Source: an uncultured Candidatus Saccharimonadales bacterium (GTDB lineage Bacteria; Patescibacteriota; Saccharimonadia; UBA4664). Taken from it: 64,000 nt of DNA. This document shows positions 22,228 to 33,072 of this stretch, piece by piece. The DNA lies in the NCBI GenBank assembly GCA_964467655.1, contig CAYXSN010000005.1, positions 16,920-80,919 on the forward strand, written 5' to 3'. The notes beneath the pieces are model-generated. The model was not told the origin of the DNA and ran no database searches. It saw only the letters and a program-made list of their open reading frames with translations. A program made the position numbers and the translations under genes. Each line of letters begins with the position of its first letter. The first letter of the stretch is position 1.

Positions 22228-22878
22228 ATGCCGCACAAATACCCAAACAAACCTCAGCACCACGGCCGCCGATTGCTAGCACTAGCCGCTCTGATTGCGG
22301 CTGTTCTAGGAACCAGTTACTATATTGCGGCCCACACGGTAACCCCCACGCCAACAGCAACCACTACCGATAATCATGAGGCAGCCGATAGTCAAACGTC
22401 TGGCGAAACGCTTGGTGATAAGGTTCAGAAACTGCAACCAGGCTTAGTTTCGGTTACTCAGATATTCGACGGCGATACCATTGAAGTCGATCTCAACGGC
22501 CAACGTGAGACCGTTAGGTTCATTGGCGTTGATACACCCGAGACCCATGATCCCCGTAAGCCGGTCCAATGCTACGGCCAAACAGCTGCCAAGTACACGA
22601 CCAAGCTACTAACTGGCCAAAAAGTCAGGCTGGAAGCCGATCCCCGCGACTCAAACCGCGATAAGTACAACCGCCTGCTACGCTATGTCTACCTCAGCGA
22701 TGGAAGCTTAGTAAACGCCAGACTCATCACTGAAGGATATGGGTTCGCTTATACTGTCTTTGACTACACCAAGATAGATGAATTCCGCTCACTCGAATCA
22801 GTTGCCCGTACTACCGGCAAGGGTCTGTGGCAGACCTGCCGCGTTGACGAATCCCAAACGATCAAACAAACTCTGTGA
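22228..22878 (+). CDS. Membrane-anchored thermonuclease (SNase-like)
   Basis: VRFIGVDTPET...YG...A..YT...L.G..V.LE.D....D.Y.R.LRYVY SNase motifs; N-terminal TM. Confidence 0.7.
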   Translation: MPHKYPNKPQHHGRRLLALAALIAAVLGTSYYIAAHTVTPTPTATTTDNHEAADSQTSGETLGDKVQKLQPGLVSVTQIFDGDTIEVDLNGQRETVRFIGVDTPETHDPRKPVQCYGQTAAKYTTKLLTGQKVRLEADPRDSNRDKYNRLLRYVYLSDGSLVNARLITEGYGFAYTVFDYTKIDEFRSLESVARTTGKGLWQTCRVDESQTIKQTL

Positions 22879-22882
22879 TGGT

Positions 22883-23272
22883 TTAGGCTGTAGGCTTGCC
22901 GAGCTTGGCACTCACCACCACTTGCATACTGTCACCGTCAGGCGTTGCAATCTCAGTAGCCTGAGTTTCACTGAAATAGGTAACTAAATGATGGCTCATA
23001 ATTTCCATTAAGTCTTTGTACTTAAACTTGAGCTCCTCAAGCTCTGAGTTGACTAACTGGTAGTCTTTATCTGATTCCAGAAGTTTCTTGGCTTTGGCTC
23101 GTTTCTCGGCCACACCTTTGAGTTCTTCGGCAATCGCGCGGTATTCATCGTTTTGTTCCATCACGTCTTTAAGCTGGTCTTTGACAGTCTTCATCTTCTG
23201 CCTAGTTTCAACCATTTCAATCATCAAGCGATGCACAGCCTGCAAAGTAGTTTGGTCTTCTTGTTCGTCCAT
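22883..23272 (-). CDS. Coiled-coil hypothetical protein
   Basis: Charged heptad-like K/E-rich sequence. Confidence 0.35.
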   Translation of the reverse strand: MDEQEDQTTLQAVHRLMIEMVETRQKMKTVKDQLKDVMEQNDEYRAIAEELKGVAEKRAKAKKLLESDKDYQLVNSELEELKFKYKDLMEIMSHHLVTYFSETQATEIATPDGDSMQVVVSAKLGKPTA

Positions 23273-23334
23273 GTGGTTCCTTCTTAGTAGTAATCAGCTA
23301 ACGTATTTATCCATAAGCTATCATAGTACAGATT

Positions 23335-23760
23335 TTGCGTTATGCTAGAGGTATGGCCACTGCTCAAAGTTTAGTCAGAGACATCAAGCTATTCGGCAGT
23401 CTGGCGATTGTGTTTGGTAGCCTCATGATGTTTGCCAGCCTTGGCGGTGGCTTTATATATTTGGCCTCAAACGCCTATCTGACAACAGACCCCTGGCAGG
23501 CATGGCTGACGGTTACCGCCGCACTCATCACGGGCTGGACGATGGTTGGTATTGGTAATGAATTCGCCCGAGCCACCGAAAGCTCCATCAAGCACCATGA
23601 AGGCTTACGACTCGACTGGACAGCCCTGTTGGTAGTACTCGCAATCACTATGGTTTTGAGCGCTTGGACATTCCAACCCTTGGCTTTCCTATGTGCCCTT
23701 TGGATCCTAGGTTTATTCTGGGTAAGGATCAGTATCCTGCAGCTTATCAACTTGCATTAG
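23335..23760 (+). CDS. Hypothetical membrane protein (4 TM)
   Basis: Hydrophobic helices. Confidence 0.4.
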   Translation: MRYARGMATAQSLVRDIKLFGSLAIVFGSLMMFASLGGGFIYLASNAYLTTDPWQAWLTVTAALITGWTMVGIGNEFARATESSIKHHEGLRLDWTALLVVLAITMVLSAWTFQPLAFLCALWILGLFWVRISILQLINLH

Positions 23761-24950
23761 TACCCAATGATAGTCAATTCCGTCTCGGCCCGGGTGACTG
23801 CCGTATACAACCATCGGCGCCAATCCTCGTCACTCGAACGAGGAAATCTTTCTTCGAATAATAACACCCGCGCCGCCTGTGAACCTTGGGCCTTATGCAC
23901 TGTCAGAGCATAGCCAAAGTCCCATAAATCACCCCGACCACCATCGGGCGCCAGCGGCATATCACGAGTTGTTTCAGCGGCGCCAAATTGGTCACGCCAG
24001 ATGTAGCCGTCGTATTCATAATCTTCACCCATAAGTTCGATTTGTGCCTCATACCAACCATTGGTGTCATCCAGCGCTGGCACAACCCGAAGAACAGTAC
24101 CCAACATCCCGTTATAGAGATGTTTAGTACGATTATTGCGCAAACATACCACGATATCTCCACTCTCGGGACCACTCGAAGTATGGTCACGCATGCTTCT
24201 CATAGCTTGGTTTAATTTAACGCGAGTAGTATTGTAGCCACACAAAACCATCATGGAATTCATATCGCCACCGAGCAATTCTTCAACAAGTTGACCAGTT
24301 TCAGCCTCACGCCGATCCAGTTTACGCACACCAGGCCCATATTCTTTCACCGGAATTACACCGGTTTGTCGGGCCAAAGTAGCCACTTCAATGATGGGGG
24401 AAAGGGCGGCTTGCCGCCAGATCTTCTCCAGGCGCACCTGCGGCTCGGCCATAAGGTTAAAACTTGAACCGACGGGCGGCAATTGTCCATGGTCGCCCAC
24501 GGCTAATACCGGAATACCAAATCCCAACAAGTCGCGCCAGATGGTTTCGTCAACCATCGAAGCTTCGTCAACAATTACTAGACTGCGGTCTAGGCGGTCT
24601 TTACGAACCCAACGGACAGCCCCGCCACCGGCATCTTCGGCGTCATAAATGAGGCTGTGCAAGGTACCGACACTATCACCCCGTCGGGCTGCTCCTGCTT
24701 CCCGTAACCGACTCGCCAGTACTCTGGCAGCTTTGCCGGTATAGGCACAAAAACCCACCTTAGCGGATTCATCGAGATCTCCCAATGCCTGTCGCAAATA
24801 CCCAATCAACGTCGTTTTCCCCGTTCCCGCATATCCGCCCAGGGTTATAAAAGGCGTCGATTGGGACCGGTACCAACGACCAATTTCCCTGATGGCTGCC
24901 GCTTGTTCGACTGACAATTCTACGCGCATAACCTCACTATTATGCGCCAA
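23757..24950 (-). CDS. RecD/Dda-like ATP-dependent DNA helicase (AAA_30 + UvrD_C_2)
   Basis: Walker A GYAGTGKTT, Walker B VIVDEASMV, GDHGQLPPV and C-terminal VHKAQGSQ...TAVTRA SF1 helicase motifs. Confidence 0.7.
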   Translation of the reverse strand: MAHNSEVMRVELSVEQAAAIREIGRWYRSQSTPFITLGGYAGTGKTTLIGYLRQALGDLDESAKVGFCAYTGKAARVLASRLREAGAARRGDSVGTLHSLIYDAEDAGGGAVRWVRKDRLDRSLVIVDEASMVDETIWRDLLGFGIPVLAVGDHGQLPPVGSSFNLMAEPQVRLEKIWRQAALSPIIEVATLARQTGVIPVKEYGPGVRKLDRREAETGQLVEELLGGDMNSMMVLCGYNTTRVKLNQAMRSMRDHTSSGPESGDIVVCLRNNRTKHLYNGMLGTVLRVVPALDDTNGWYEAQIELMGEDYEYDGYIWRDQFGAAETTRDMPLAPDGGRGDLWDFGYALTVHKAQGSQAARVLLFEERFPRSSDEDWRRWLYTAVTRAETELTIIGY

Positions 24951-25029
24951 AACTTGGAACTTCGACCAGTGATACTATCAAGCTCTGGCACTATGATGGC
25001 TGCTATAGAAGTAAAGTGAGTAGTGAGGT

Positions 25030-25269
25030 GTGCGCGTTATGAAAGACCATGACCAAAGGTTCCAGGAACAACGTTTAAGCGAAATTCTAGGCGCCAGTCG
25101 CTTGGATGACGTCGGCAAATCCCAAGCCATCATCAGACTTGGTTTCGATCCCGAAATTGCCGACGAACTGGTTGAGCGTCACCATTTGGGTCGGCGACAA
25201 CCCGAGTATTACGAGACACTCAACTTTGCTGATCTCGATGACCTGCCCGCGCCCAACCGACACACCTAG
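25030..25269 (+). CDS. Small hypothetical protein
   Basis: 79-aa ORF in intergenic gap, no motif. Confidence 0.25.
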   Translation: MRVMKDHDQRFQEQRLSEILGASRLDDVGKSQAIIRLGFDPEIADELVERHHLGRRQPEYYETLNFADLDDLPAPNRHT

Positions 25270-25305
25270 TTTAACGTGCGGATCTAGCCTATAATAGCTA
25301 GCATT

Positions 25306-26004
25306 ATGACCGAAACCCCCCACGTACTTGTTGCCGAACATATCTCCAAAACGTACGGCCGCGGCGCCAACGCTTTTACTGCACTGTCGGATGTATCATT
25401 GGCGATCGCCTCAGGCGAGACGATTGCCATAGTCGGTAAGAGTGGTTCAGGCAAAAGTACGCTTATGCATATTCTGGCATTGCTTGATAGCCCAACTCAA
25501 GGTCGGCTCTCGGTATCAGGGCAATTGGCGGCCGACTTATCGAGTCGTGAATTAGCCCGGTTGCGCAATCAGACATTTGGGTTTGTGTTCCAGCAATTCT
25601 TTCTGAATAGTTCAAACTCAGTGCTCGACAACGTCACACTACCTCTCAAAATTGCCGGCATGGGCCGACGAGAACGTCGGGCCAAAGCTCTCGAGGTGCT
25701 CAAACAAGTCGATCTCGCTGACAAAGCCAATGCAAACGCCGGCGACCTTTCGGGTGGCCAGAAACAGCGGGTCGTCATCGCCCGCGCCCTCGTCAACCAG
25801 CCCAAGGTTATATTTGCCGACGAACCGACAGGCAATCTTGATTCGGCAACCGGTCAATTAGTTGAAAATCTGCTATTTAAGCTCAATGCCGAACAAGGCA
25901 TTACCCTGGTAGTCGTCACTCATGACAACGATTTAGCCAAACGCTGCCACCGCCAGGTCCATATCAAAGACGGCCAGGTCATGGCGCCCATGAGGAGGCT
26001 ATAG
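25306..26004 (+). CDS. ABC transporter ATP-binding protein (MacB-type)
   Basis: [35 protein letters not shown]. Confidence 0.85.
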   Translation: MTETPHVLVAEHISKTYGRGANAFTALSDVSLAIASGETIAIVGKSGSGKSTLMHILALLDSPTQGRLSVSGQLAADLSSRELARLRNQTFGFVFQQFFLNSSNSVLDNVTLPLKIAGMGRRERRAKALEVLKQVDLADKANANAGDLSGGQKQRVVIARALVNQPKVIFADEPTGNLDSATGQLVENLLFKLNAEQGITLVVVTHDNDLAKRCHRQVHIKDGQVMAPMRRL

Positions 26005-26006
26005 CC

Positions 26007-27305
26007 GTGAAACTACTTGATATCTTAGTTACTGCTAGCACCAATACCTTCCGCTCCAAGCTCAGAACAGTTCTCACAGTAATCGCTATTTTCATTGGAG
26101 CCTATACCCTCACACTCACCACTGGTTTGGGCCGTGGCATTTCGCACTATATCGATGATCAGCTCGGTAGCCTGGGTGCCAAGAATGTCCTCATGATTAT
26201 GCCGTCTTCAGACAATGGCTTTAGTTCGCCCAACGATCCACCCAAAAAATATGATCCAGCCAAAAAGACCCAAAGCATTGAATCTGAGGGCAACCGAACC
26301 ATCTCATTGATGAGTGAAGAGGATTTAGATAAATTCCGCAAAATCGATGGTATCAAATCGGTCACCGCTTACCGGCAAGCCGCCATGGATTATATCAGTG
26401 GGCCAAATAATCAAAAGCTCGTAGGCAATTTGAATTTGCTCTTAGACGGCGAAACTCACGCCACTGAAGCCGGCCAGGTGCCGCTCAATTCATCTGATAT
26501 ACCCCAGATTATGATCCCGAGCAACTATGCAACTGCCCTCGGTTTCGATGACGCTGCGGGCAGCATTAACCAGACGATTACCATCGGCCTGACCAATGGC
26601 CGAGGCGAAGCAGCCGTTCTGAAAATTACCAACATTGGTGTCGCCCAAAAAAGCTTACTCACAAGCGGCTACATTTACGTCAATCAAGCCGCCATGGCCA
26701 AACTAGTGAGTTTACAAAACCAAGGCGCCCCTGAAACAGCCACCAAATATTTTCAAGTGGCGACGGCGAATCTGGGAGACAATGTGGCCACGAGTAAATT
26801 AGCTCAGATTAAAGCTGAGTTGAAAAAATTAGGTTTTGAGGGCGTAACCGTGCAAGACCAGATCGGCGTCATCAAAACCATCATAAATGCCATTATCGCC
26901 GTACTCAACGGTTTCGCCATTATTGCTTTACTGGCCGCCGGCTTTGGCATTATTAATACACTGTTAATGAGCGTCCAGGAACGCACGAAGGAAATTGGAC
27001 TCATGAAAGCTATGGGTATGTACGCCCACAAAATCTTCCTACTGTTCTCGTTTGAAGCCGTCATTTTAGGATTCTGGGGTAGCGTTTCAGGAGTACTGTT
27101 TGCTATTGCTACCGGAACTATCGTGAACCAAATTCTCATGAAGGGACTCCTCAAAGATCTATCGGGCTTACAACCTTTGAGCTTCTCAGTCGAATCAGTC
27201 TTGCCGATTATGGCCATTGTCATGGGACTGGCCTTTGTAGCCGGAACTCTGCCGGCCATTCGGGCTGCCCGCCAAGACCCGATTAATTCTTTGCGCTACG
27301 AATAA
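26007..27305 (+). CDS. ABC transporter permease FtsX/MacB-like
   Basis: N-terminal TM, periplasmic domain, C-terminal FtsX 4-TM; directly follows ATPase. Confidence 0.8.
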   Translation: MKLLDILVTASTNTFRSKLRTVLTVIAIFIGAYTLTLTTGLGRGISHYIDDQLGSLGAKNVLMIMPSSDNGFSSPNDPPKKYDPAKKTQSIESEGNRTISLMSEEDLDKFRKIDGIKSVTAYRQAAMDYISGPNNQKLVGNLNLLLDGETHATEAGQVPLNSSDIPQIMIPSNYATALGFDDAAGSINQTITIGLTNGRGEAAVLKITNIGVAQKSLLTSGYIYVNQAAMAKLVSLQNQGAPETATKYFQVATANLGDNVATSKLAQIKAELKKLGFEGVTVQDQIGVIKTIINAIIAVLNGFAIIALLAAGFGIINTLLMSVQERTKEIGLMKAMGMYAHKIFLLFSFEAVILGFWGSVSGVLFAIATGTIVNQILMKGLLKDLSGLQPLSFSVESVLPIMAIVMGLAFVAGTLPAIRAARQDPINSLRYE

Positions 27306-28566
27306 GTTCCCGCCAGTCCAGCTTGCGAGCATATTCCAATGAACCGTATTGAAAAGTTCTAATAGCCAACCGCATACACAATACTGCCGTACACCAAACT
27401 ATAAAGACCCCAACAGCCAGTACTTCCCAGGACGCATTGCCAACCGCATTGCGCAACATGAGCGTAATGGGTGCCGTCAAAGGAAAGTAGGTGAGAACCT
27501 GGACCAATACTTGACCCGGTGACGACACGATGGCAGTCAGAGCATAAAACGGCAAAAACATCGAGATAATAGCAGCACCAAAGTAACCACTAGCCTCCTT
27601 GGCCGTAGGCACAGCTGCCCCGATCGTTACTAATATCCCGGTAAACATCAAGAACCCACCGGCCAGCAGTAAGGCACCCACCAGGATTGGCCAAGGTGCC
27701 AGACTGACACTAGCCAGATCAAATGAGGGTAACTTTAACTGATCCCGCCAGCCGATATAGGCGACTACTACCGGTAGCAACACTGCCACGATCTGAATGA
27801 CACCCATAGTTACTAGGGCCCAAAGCTTGCCGCTCATCAAGGTGCGCGCCGGCATACTCGTCAACAACAGCTCCACCACTCTGTTTTCTTTCTCTTCGGT
27901 CGTACTGGTGAGCATTTGGTTACCCAACAGCACAATCACCACGTACATGAGGACCAAAAAGATTCCCGGAGCCACCACCCGGCCGAAACCCTTAGTGGGC
28001 TTACCTTTGTCATAGGTCGTCAGGTCTACGTTGAGACCAGATTGAAATAGGGTAACCGCCTCAGATGATCCAAGTTTGATAGCCAGGCTGCCTTGCATCA
28101 GTTGCTGCGCCAAGCTGCTGTACTTGTTGTTATCCATGAGTCCCGCATCAGCCGCCACCACCAAAGTTTTTTGTTTCGTAGGATCAACCGGAAAATGAAT
28201 AAACGCCGTTAATTCACCGGCGGTTACTTGAGCAGCCTCAACGGAGGCATTAGTCGCGAGATGCCCACCGCTCGCAATCACTATTTCAGGCGATACCAAA
28301 CCTGATTCATCAAGTACGCTAAAACTAAACTTGCTAGCCTTGAGAGCTTCACCGGCTTCGGTACCCACTTGGGCCGAGAAAAACGACAGACTGAGCACTG
28401 CAGCAATCATCAGTGGAACCGACAGTGTCCTGATCCAAAAGCTTTTCTTAGTAATACTGCGCCACAGTTCAAACCAGTAGACAGTCCACCAACGATTAAG
28501 CCTCACGGTAAATCTCCAGAAAAATATCATCAATGCGCGACTGGCGTTGTTCAAAACGAGTAACAA
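27283..28566 (-). CDS. ABC-2 type transporter permease
   Basis: N-terminal TM, extracytoplasmic domain, 6 C-terminal TM helices; follows ATPase on same strand (true start likely internal, near 28499-28530). Confidence 0.6.
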   Translation of the reverse strand: MLLVLNNASRALMIFFWRFTVRLNRWWTVYWFELWRSITKKSFWIRTLSVPLMIAAVLSLSFFSAQVGTEAGEALKASKFSFSVLDESGLVSPEIVIASGGHLATNASVEAAQVTAGELTAFIHFPVDPTKQKTLVVAADAGLMDNNKYSSLAQQLMQGSLAIKLGSSEAVTLFQSGLNVDLTTYDKGKPTKGFGRVVAPGIFLVLMYVVIVLLGNQMLTSTTEEKENRVVELLLTSMPARTLMSGKLWALVTMGVIQIVAVLLPVVVAYIGWRDQLKLPSFDLASVSLAPWPILVGALLLAGGFLMFTGILVTIGAAVPTAKEASGYFGAAIISMFLPFYALTAIVSSPGQVLVQVLTYFPLTAPITLMLRNAVGNASWEVLAVGVFIVWCTAVLCMRLAIRTFQYGSLEYARKLDWRELIRSAKN

Positions 28567-29401
28567 TCAGCTGGGGTTGTGATGCTAGCTCCCGCCAGAC
28601 ATCAGCCACACGGGACCCGTATGTAAATTCAAGCTCTGCCTGGCGACCCGTTTGCCGTTTGATAGTATACGAAGTCGCTTTGGCAGCTAACCGGCCCTGG
28701 AATTCCAAATCAATCAATGGCATCCCGTATTGCTGCCGAACCGCTTCGATTTCGCCTGATACATAATTGCATCCATCCTTAAGCAGCAATACATGGTCGC
28801 ACAATCTTTCGACCTCTTCCATCTGGTGCGTCACCAGTATAACGGTAGCTCCGGCCTTGGATCGCTCGGCCACCATATCCAGAAGCAAACGGCGGTTTAC
28901 GGGATCAAAGCCTTTGGTTGGCTCGTCAAGGATTAAGAGCTCAGGGTCGCCCATGAGTGTCACCCCCAGTTGGATTTTTTGCTGCTGTCCACCCGAAAGC
29001 GTCTCCAGACGCCGATGGCCCACATCTGCCAAATCAACTGCTTCCAGGTAGTTCTTCGACCACTGCCGGGCCGCCTGCGGCGACAGTCCCTTGAGTTGCC
29101 CAAAATACTGCATAGTAGCCAACACCGGCTCTTTTTTGTACAAACCTCTTTCCTCGGGTAGGTACCCCAAGAGGCGGTTCCGGTCGGGGCGATAGGGTAG
29201 GCCGTCGATGAGCAATGTACCGGCCACCGGTTCGATAATACCCAAAAGTGCCCGAATCGTCGTAGTTTTACCTGAACCATTGGCGCCCAAAAAGGCCAGA
29301 GTTTGGCCTTTTTCAACCGTAAACGACAGATCTTTTACGACAGTTGTCTGACCAAAATCAACCCTCAAATTCGCCACTTCAACCATAGATGATTTCGCCA
29401 T
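28496..29401 (-). CDS. ABC transporter ATP-binding protein (ABC-2 partner)
   Basis: GANGSGKTT, LSGGQQQKIQL, LILDEPTKGFD; start moved to internal ATG (MAKSS) at 29401, N-terminal 109-aa extension of track ORF rejected. Confidence 0.8.
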   Translation of the reverse strand: MAKSSMVEVANLRVDFGQTTVVKDLSFTVEKGQTLAFLGANGSGKTTTIRALLGIIEPVAGTLLIDGLPYRPDRNRLLGYLPEERGLYKKEPVLATMQYFGQLKGLSPQAARQWSKNYLEAVDLADVGHRRLETLSGGQQQKIQLGVTLMGDPELLILDEPTKGFDPVNRRLLLDMVAERSKAGATVILVTHQMEEVERLCDHVLLLKDGCNYVSGEIEAVRQQYGMPLIDLEFQGRLAAKATSYTIKRQTGRQAELEFTYGSRVADVWRELASQPQLIVTRFEQRQSRIDDIFLEIYREA

Positions 29402-29421
29402 AATGGTATGATACACCATAG

Positions 29422-30309
29422 ATGAATACTTCCGACTACCAGCTTCAAACCGGCGCAGCCTTATACCCGGACGCTTTATATAACCGACCCTTGTCCCGGG
29501 TCGGTCGGACAAGCGGGCAACTGGTGACAATTGGGGGACACTTGCAGTCGTTTGCCTCAGCCGCAGCCTGGCCCGGTCTAGCCGAAGCCGCCGGCTTAGG
29601 CGTTTGCCGGTTATTGTTACCCGATAGTTTGCAGAAGTTAATTGGCTATGCCAGTGGCGTCGATTTCCTACCCTCAACACCGGCCGGCTCCATTGCCCAA
29701 GCAGCACTCCAGGAAATACTCCAAGCAACTGCCGATGCCGACGGCTTGGCCATGGGCTGGGATTTGTCAGGCAATTCCGATACCACGATTTTGCTTGAGC
29801 ACGTCATCGACAAGTCAGACAAACCCCTAGCCCTGTTTGGCGACGGTTTAGTCGCGCTCAGACACCGGCCGAAAGCCATTGCCACTTCCTCAAGCAACTG
29901 TCTCATTCTGACCCAAACCGAGGCCACTAAATTGGCAGCCCGGCTGGGCATTGGCATCGGTCCGGCCCAAGACACCGTAGTGCACAAACTTGAATTGCTA
30001 CACAAGCTTCATATCGAGCTACCGATCAACCTCGTTCTCGTTGGACCTCACATCGTCGTTATGACCACCGAAGGCGCAACAGTCACCCCCATACCAGCAG
30101 TTATGGCCCAAGAAAAAATGTTCATGACGGCAGTAATGTGTGCCTGGTGGATCCGGCACGCACCCAAAGCTTTGTCAGGACTGACCTGTGCGGCGTACAT
30201 TGTCAAGCAAACCGCTGCTGTGCTGCCCGCAGCAGCCACCTATACGCAAAGCCAGCTGTATCAGGCGCTCGACCAAGCCCTCAAACAAGCCGATGACACG
30301 ATTTGGTAA
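29422..30309 (+). CDS. YjeF-C/carbohydrate-kinase-like protein (degenerate NAD(P)HX-dehydratase-like fold)
   Basis: GQLVTIGG...SAAAWPGLAEAAGLGVCRLL resembles YjeF C-terminal ribokinase-like fold; catalytic GSGDVL motif absent. Confidence 0.35.
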   Translation: MNTSDYQLQTGAALYPDALYNRPLSRVGRTSGQLVTIGGHLQSFASAAAWPGLAEAAGLGVCRLLLPDSLQKLIGYASGVDFLPSTPAGSIAQAALQEILQATADADGLAMGWDLSGNSDTTILLEHVIDKSDKPLALFGDGLVALRHRPKAIATSSSNCLILTQTEATKLAARLGIGIGPAQDTVVHKLELLHKLHIELPINLVLVGPHIVVMTTEGATVTPIPAVMAQEKMFMTAVMCAWWIRHAPKALSGLTCAAYIVKQTAAVLPAAATYTQSQLYQALDQALKQADDTIW

Positions 30310-30331
30310 CGCCTATGCTAAACTGAGAAGT

Positions 30332-31156
30332 ATGCCAAACCAGCTAACCTCAGATCAGCAAACAGCTATCGCTCAAGCGCTTGAGGCATTTGGCGGCGAC
30401 ACCCATAAAGTCATCAAGGCACTCGAAGATGCCGGCCGGCCTAACCGTCGCCGGCGAGCAGCACGCCACATCGCTCTGGGAGACACCATTATTAAGCTCC
30501 AAGGAGTATCGCGCCGGTACAAGATGGGCAAATCTGAAGCTGTCGGCGCCATCAACGACGTTTCAATCTCGATTTCTGAACATGAGTTTGTGGCCATCAC
30601 TGGCGCCAGCGGCTCAGGTAAAAGTACCTTGCTAAATCTGATTGGCGGGCTCGACAAGCCGAATGCTGGTACCATCACAGTCGCCGGCCACGACCTCACC
30701 AAACTATCAGACAGCGCCCTGTCAGGTTACCGCGGCCAAACGATTGGTTTTGTTTTTCAGTTTTTCTATTTGCAGCCCTTTTTGACCGTCAGCCGCAACC
30801 TGGAAGTACCGGCGATGTTTAGCCAGTTACCCGCAGCCAAACGAATCGACAGAATCAGAACCCTGGCTGAAGCTGTCGGCCTGACCGACAGGCTCGGCCA
30901 CCGTCCCAACGAACTCTCAGGCGGCCAGATGCAACGCGCCGCCATCGCTCGGGCCCTCGTCAACCAACCCCGCATCCTTTTGGCCGACGAGCCCACCGGC
31001 AACCTTGATTCTGTCAACGCCGAGGCTATTATCGATCTCTTCCATGAAGTGCGCGACACCTTTGGTACCACGGTTATCATCGTTACCCACGACGCCAAAA
31101 TTGCAGCCGGCGCCGACAGGGTCATCACCATGCACGATGGCAAAGTCGCCTCATGA
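30332..31156 (+). CDS. ABC transporter ATP-binding protein (MacB-type) with ~45-aa N-terminal extra domain
   Basis: [35 protein letters not shown]; start set at ATG 30332 (MPNQL) after previous gene's stop. Confidence 0.8.
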   Translation: MPNQLTSDQQTAIAQALEAFGGDTHKVIKALEDAGRPNRRRRAARHIALGDTIIKLQGVSRRYKMGKSEAVGAINDVSISISEHEFVAITGASGSGKSTLLNLIGGLDKPNAGTITVAGHDLTKLSDSALSGYRGQTIGFVFQFFYLQPFLTVSRNLEVPAMFSQLPAAKRIDRIRTLAEAVGLTDRLGHRPNELSGGQMQRAAIARALVNQPRILLADEPTGNLDSVNAEAIIDLFHEVRDTFGTTVIIVTHDAKIAAGADRVITMHDGKVAS

Positions 31157-33072
31157 TGAAATTCAAAGACAACTGGGTACTGGCCCTCACCAAACTACGC
31201 ACCCGCCGCATCAGACTTGCCATCACACTTGTGATGTCGGGTCTACTATTTAGTGTACTCATACTGGCCTCACTGACCGTTCGTGGTCTGGTCGCCAGCG
31301 TTACGTCATACACTCACGAAGGCCTCCTCAATCGCTTTTACGTGCTCACCAATAAAGTAGGTAGCACAATGTACCAGGACCCAACAGCCGAGCCCACTGA
31401 TGAGTCCACCAAAATATTAAACCGCGCCATCGCTATCAACGATGAGCTGATCGCCAAAAAAACCGCTGCCGCCAAGAAACAAGGCGTGCCATATGACCCC
31501 GCCACCGAGCTCAAACCCTACAGTTTGATGGAGGGTCCAAACGGGCAGGGTGGTACGGGTAAAAAAATCTTAGATCCCACCCATCCGGCGAGCATCCAGG
31601 CCACTGCTGAGCTCACCGATATCAAGGCTTTCTCACGCTCAGTGGAAGCCGCCGCCCAACGTCACGGCGCCAAAAAAAGCTATATAACCACACCGCTCTC
31701 CGGTCCCAACGACCATGTCAGTCTCAATTTGATCATTAACAACCAAGAAGCTGCGCCCACCGACCAGTCCAAAACGTCAGCCTACACTACCCAGGACGTT
31801 AACTTTGGCGGGCAAATTATCGGCATCGACAGCAATATGCTCAAAGACTACCAGTTGCCAGGGGCCGACATGTCGACAGACGGCAACATCATTCCGGTTG
31901 TAATGGCCACAGCCGCGGCCGAAAAGATTACCGGCCTGGCCGCCGTCTCCAATACTGCCACTTCCAAAGAACGCCTCGACCATCTCAAAGCCTTGCGACA
32001 AAAAGCCCTCAACCTCAAATTTGAAAGCTGCTACCGTAATCCCGCAGCTGCCACCAGGCTGGCCGAAGCTACGGCCCAGGCCAAAGACATGGCCGCGCAC
32101 AGCAAAGATGCCGGCTATCAAGCCCCTGAGGTTACTTATCAGATATCTGATAAGCCGTGCCAACCGGTAACCATCACCAAAGATACCCGCACCGCCCAAG
32201 CTAAGCTCTTGGCTGCTAAGCTTGAGGATTTTCAAGAGCAGTTCGGCGCCGCCAAACCTTTCACGAGCCTTGTTACCTTTCGAATTGTGGGCTTAGTTGC
32301 CACACCCAACTACGACTCAACAGGTTTTAGCATCAGTAATCTGGTACAAACCATGCTGACCTCCACTCAAATATCAAACTTCATGGTGCCCCAAGAAGCA
32401 GTTAAACAGCACCCGATTTTGGGCAAGCTCGATTTTTCACTCAGCCAAGAAGTCTGGGGCAGCCAGTACATCATCGTGGAATTTGCCGACCGCGAGCATC
32501 AAAAAGCCTTTATGACCAACGAGAGCTGTAACCCAGGTATGAATTTCAAAGACTGCGAACAACCTGGCAAGTTTATGGCCACACCTTACGGTAACCCCAT
32601 CGCCGTCTTATATGAAGCCCGCGACGCCACCAAGACGTTCCTCATGTGGGTGCTCGGCATTATCGCCGCCCTGTCAGCCCTCATTACGATGGGCACTATC
32701 GGCAAAGTGATTGCCGATTCACGCAAAGAAACCAGCGTCTTTCGCGCGCTGGGTGCCACCCGTAGTCAAATCGCTCAAATTTACCTACTCTACGCGCTCA
32801 TGCTAGGAGGCTTAAGTTTTGCATTCGCTTTTGTCGTCGGTGGCGCCTTGGCGTTACTAATCGATCTCAAAACCTCGGCCGGCCTAAGTGTTGAAGCAGC
32901 CACGGCTCTTAATACCGCCAACCTCGACAAACAATTCCATCTCATTGGTTGGAACCCACTCGATTTGGGCCTCATCCTGGCATTGGTGCTACTGACAGCC
33001 ATTCTCGGTGCCTGCCTGCCGCTACTCACCAACGTCCGCCGCAATCCCATAAACGATATGCGCAATGAGTAA
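31153..33072 (+). CDS. ABC transporter permease FtsX/MacB-like with large extracytoplasmic domain
   Basis: 4-nt overlap with ATPase; TM1, ~450 aa soluble domain, C-terminal FtsX helices. Confidence 0.75.
   Translation: MMKFKDNWVLALTKLRTRRIRLAITLVMSGLLFSVLILASLTVRGLVASVTSYTHEGLLNRFYVLTNKVGSTMYQDPTAEPTDESTKILNRAIAINDELIAKKTAAAKKQGVPYDPATELKPYSLMEGPNGQGGTGKKILDPTHPASIQATAELTDIKAFSRSVEAAAQRHGAKKSYITTPLSGPNDHVSLNLIINNQEAAPTDQSKTSAYTTQDVNFGGQIIGIDSNMLKDYQLPGADMSTDGNIIPVVMATAAAEKITGLAAVSNTATSKERLDHLKALRQKALNLKFESCYRNPAAATRLAEATAQAKDMAAHSKDAGYQAPEVTYQISDKPCQPVTITKDTRTAQAKLLAAKLEDFQEQFGAAKPFTSLVTFRIVGLVATPNYDSTGFSISNLVQTMLTSTQISNFMVPQEAVKQHPILGKLDFSLSQEVWGSQYIIVEFADREHQKAFMTNESCNPGMNFKDCEQPGKFMATPYGNPIAVLYEARDATKTFLMWVLGIIAALSALITMGTIGKVIADSRKETSVFRALGATRSQIAQIYLLYALMLGGLSFAFAFVVGGALALLIDLKTSAGLSVEAATALNTANLDKQFHLIGWNPLDLGLILALVLLTAILGACLPLLTNVRRNPINDMRNE

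Noticed and set aside
28496-31156. Long N-terminal extensions of track ORFs 28496..29728, 30188..31156, 36444..37688 and 3377..4087
   Set aside because: The extensions overlap upstream genes, are Arg-rich or low-complexity, and internal ATGs give canonical protein N-termini (ABC Walker A spacing, MBL fold start). Starts were moved inward.
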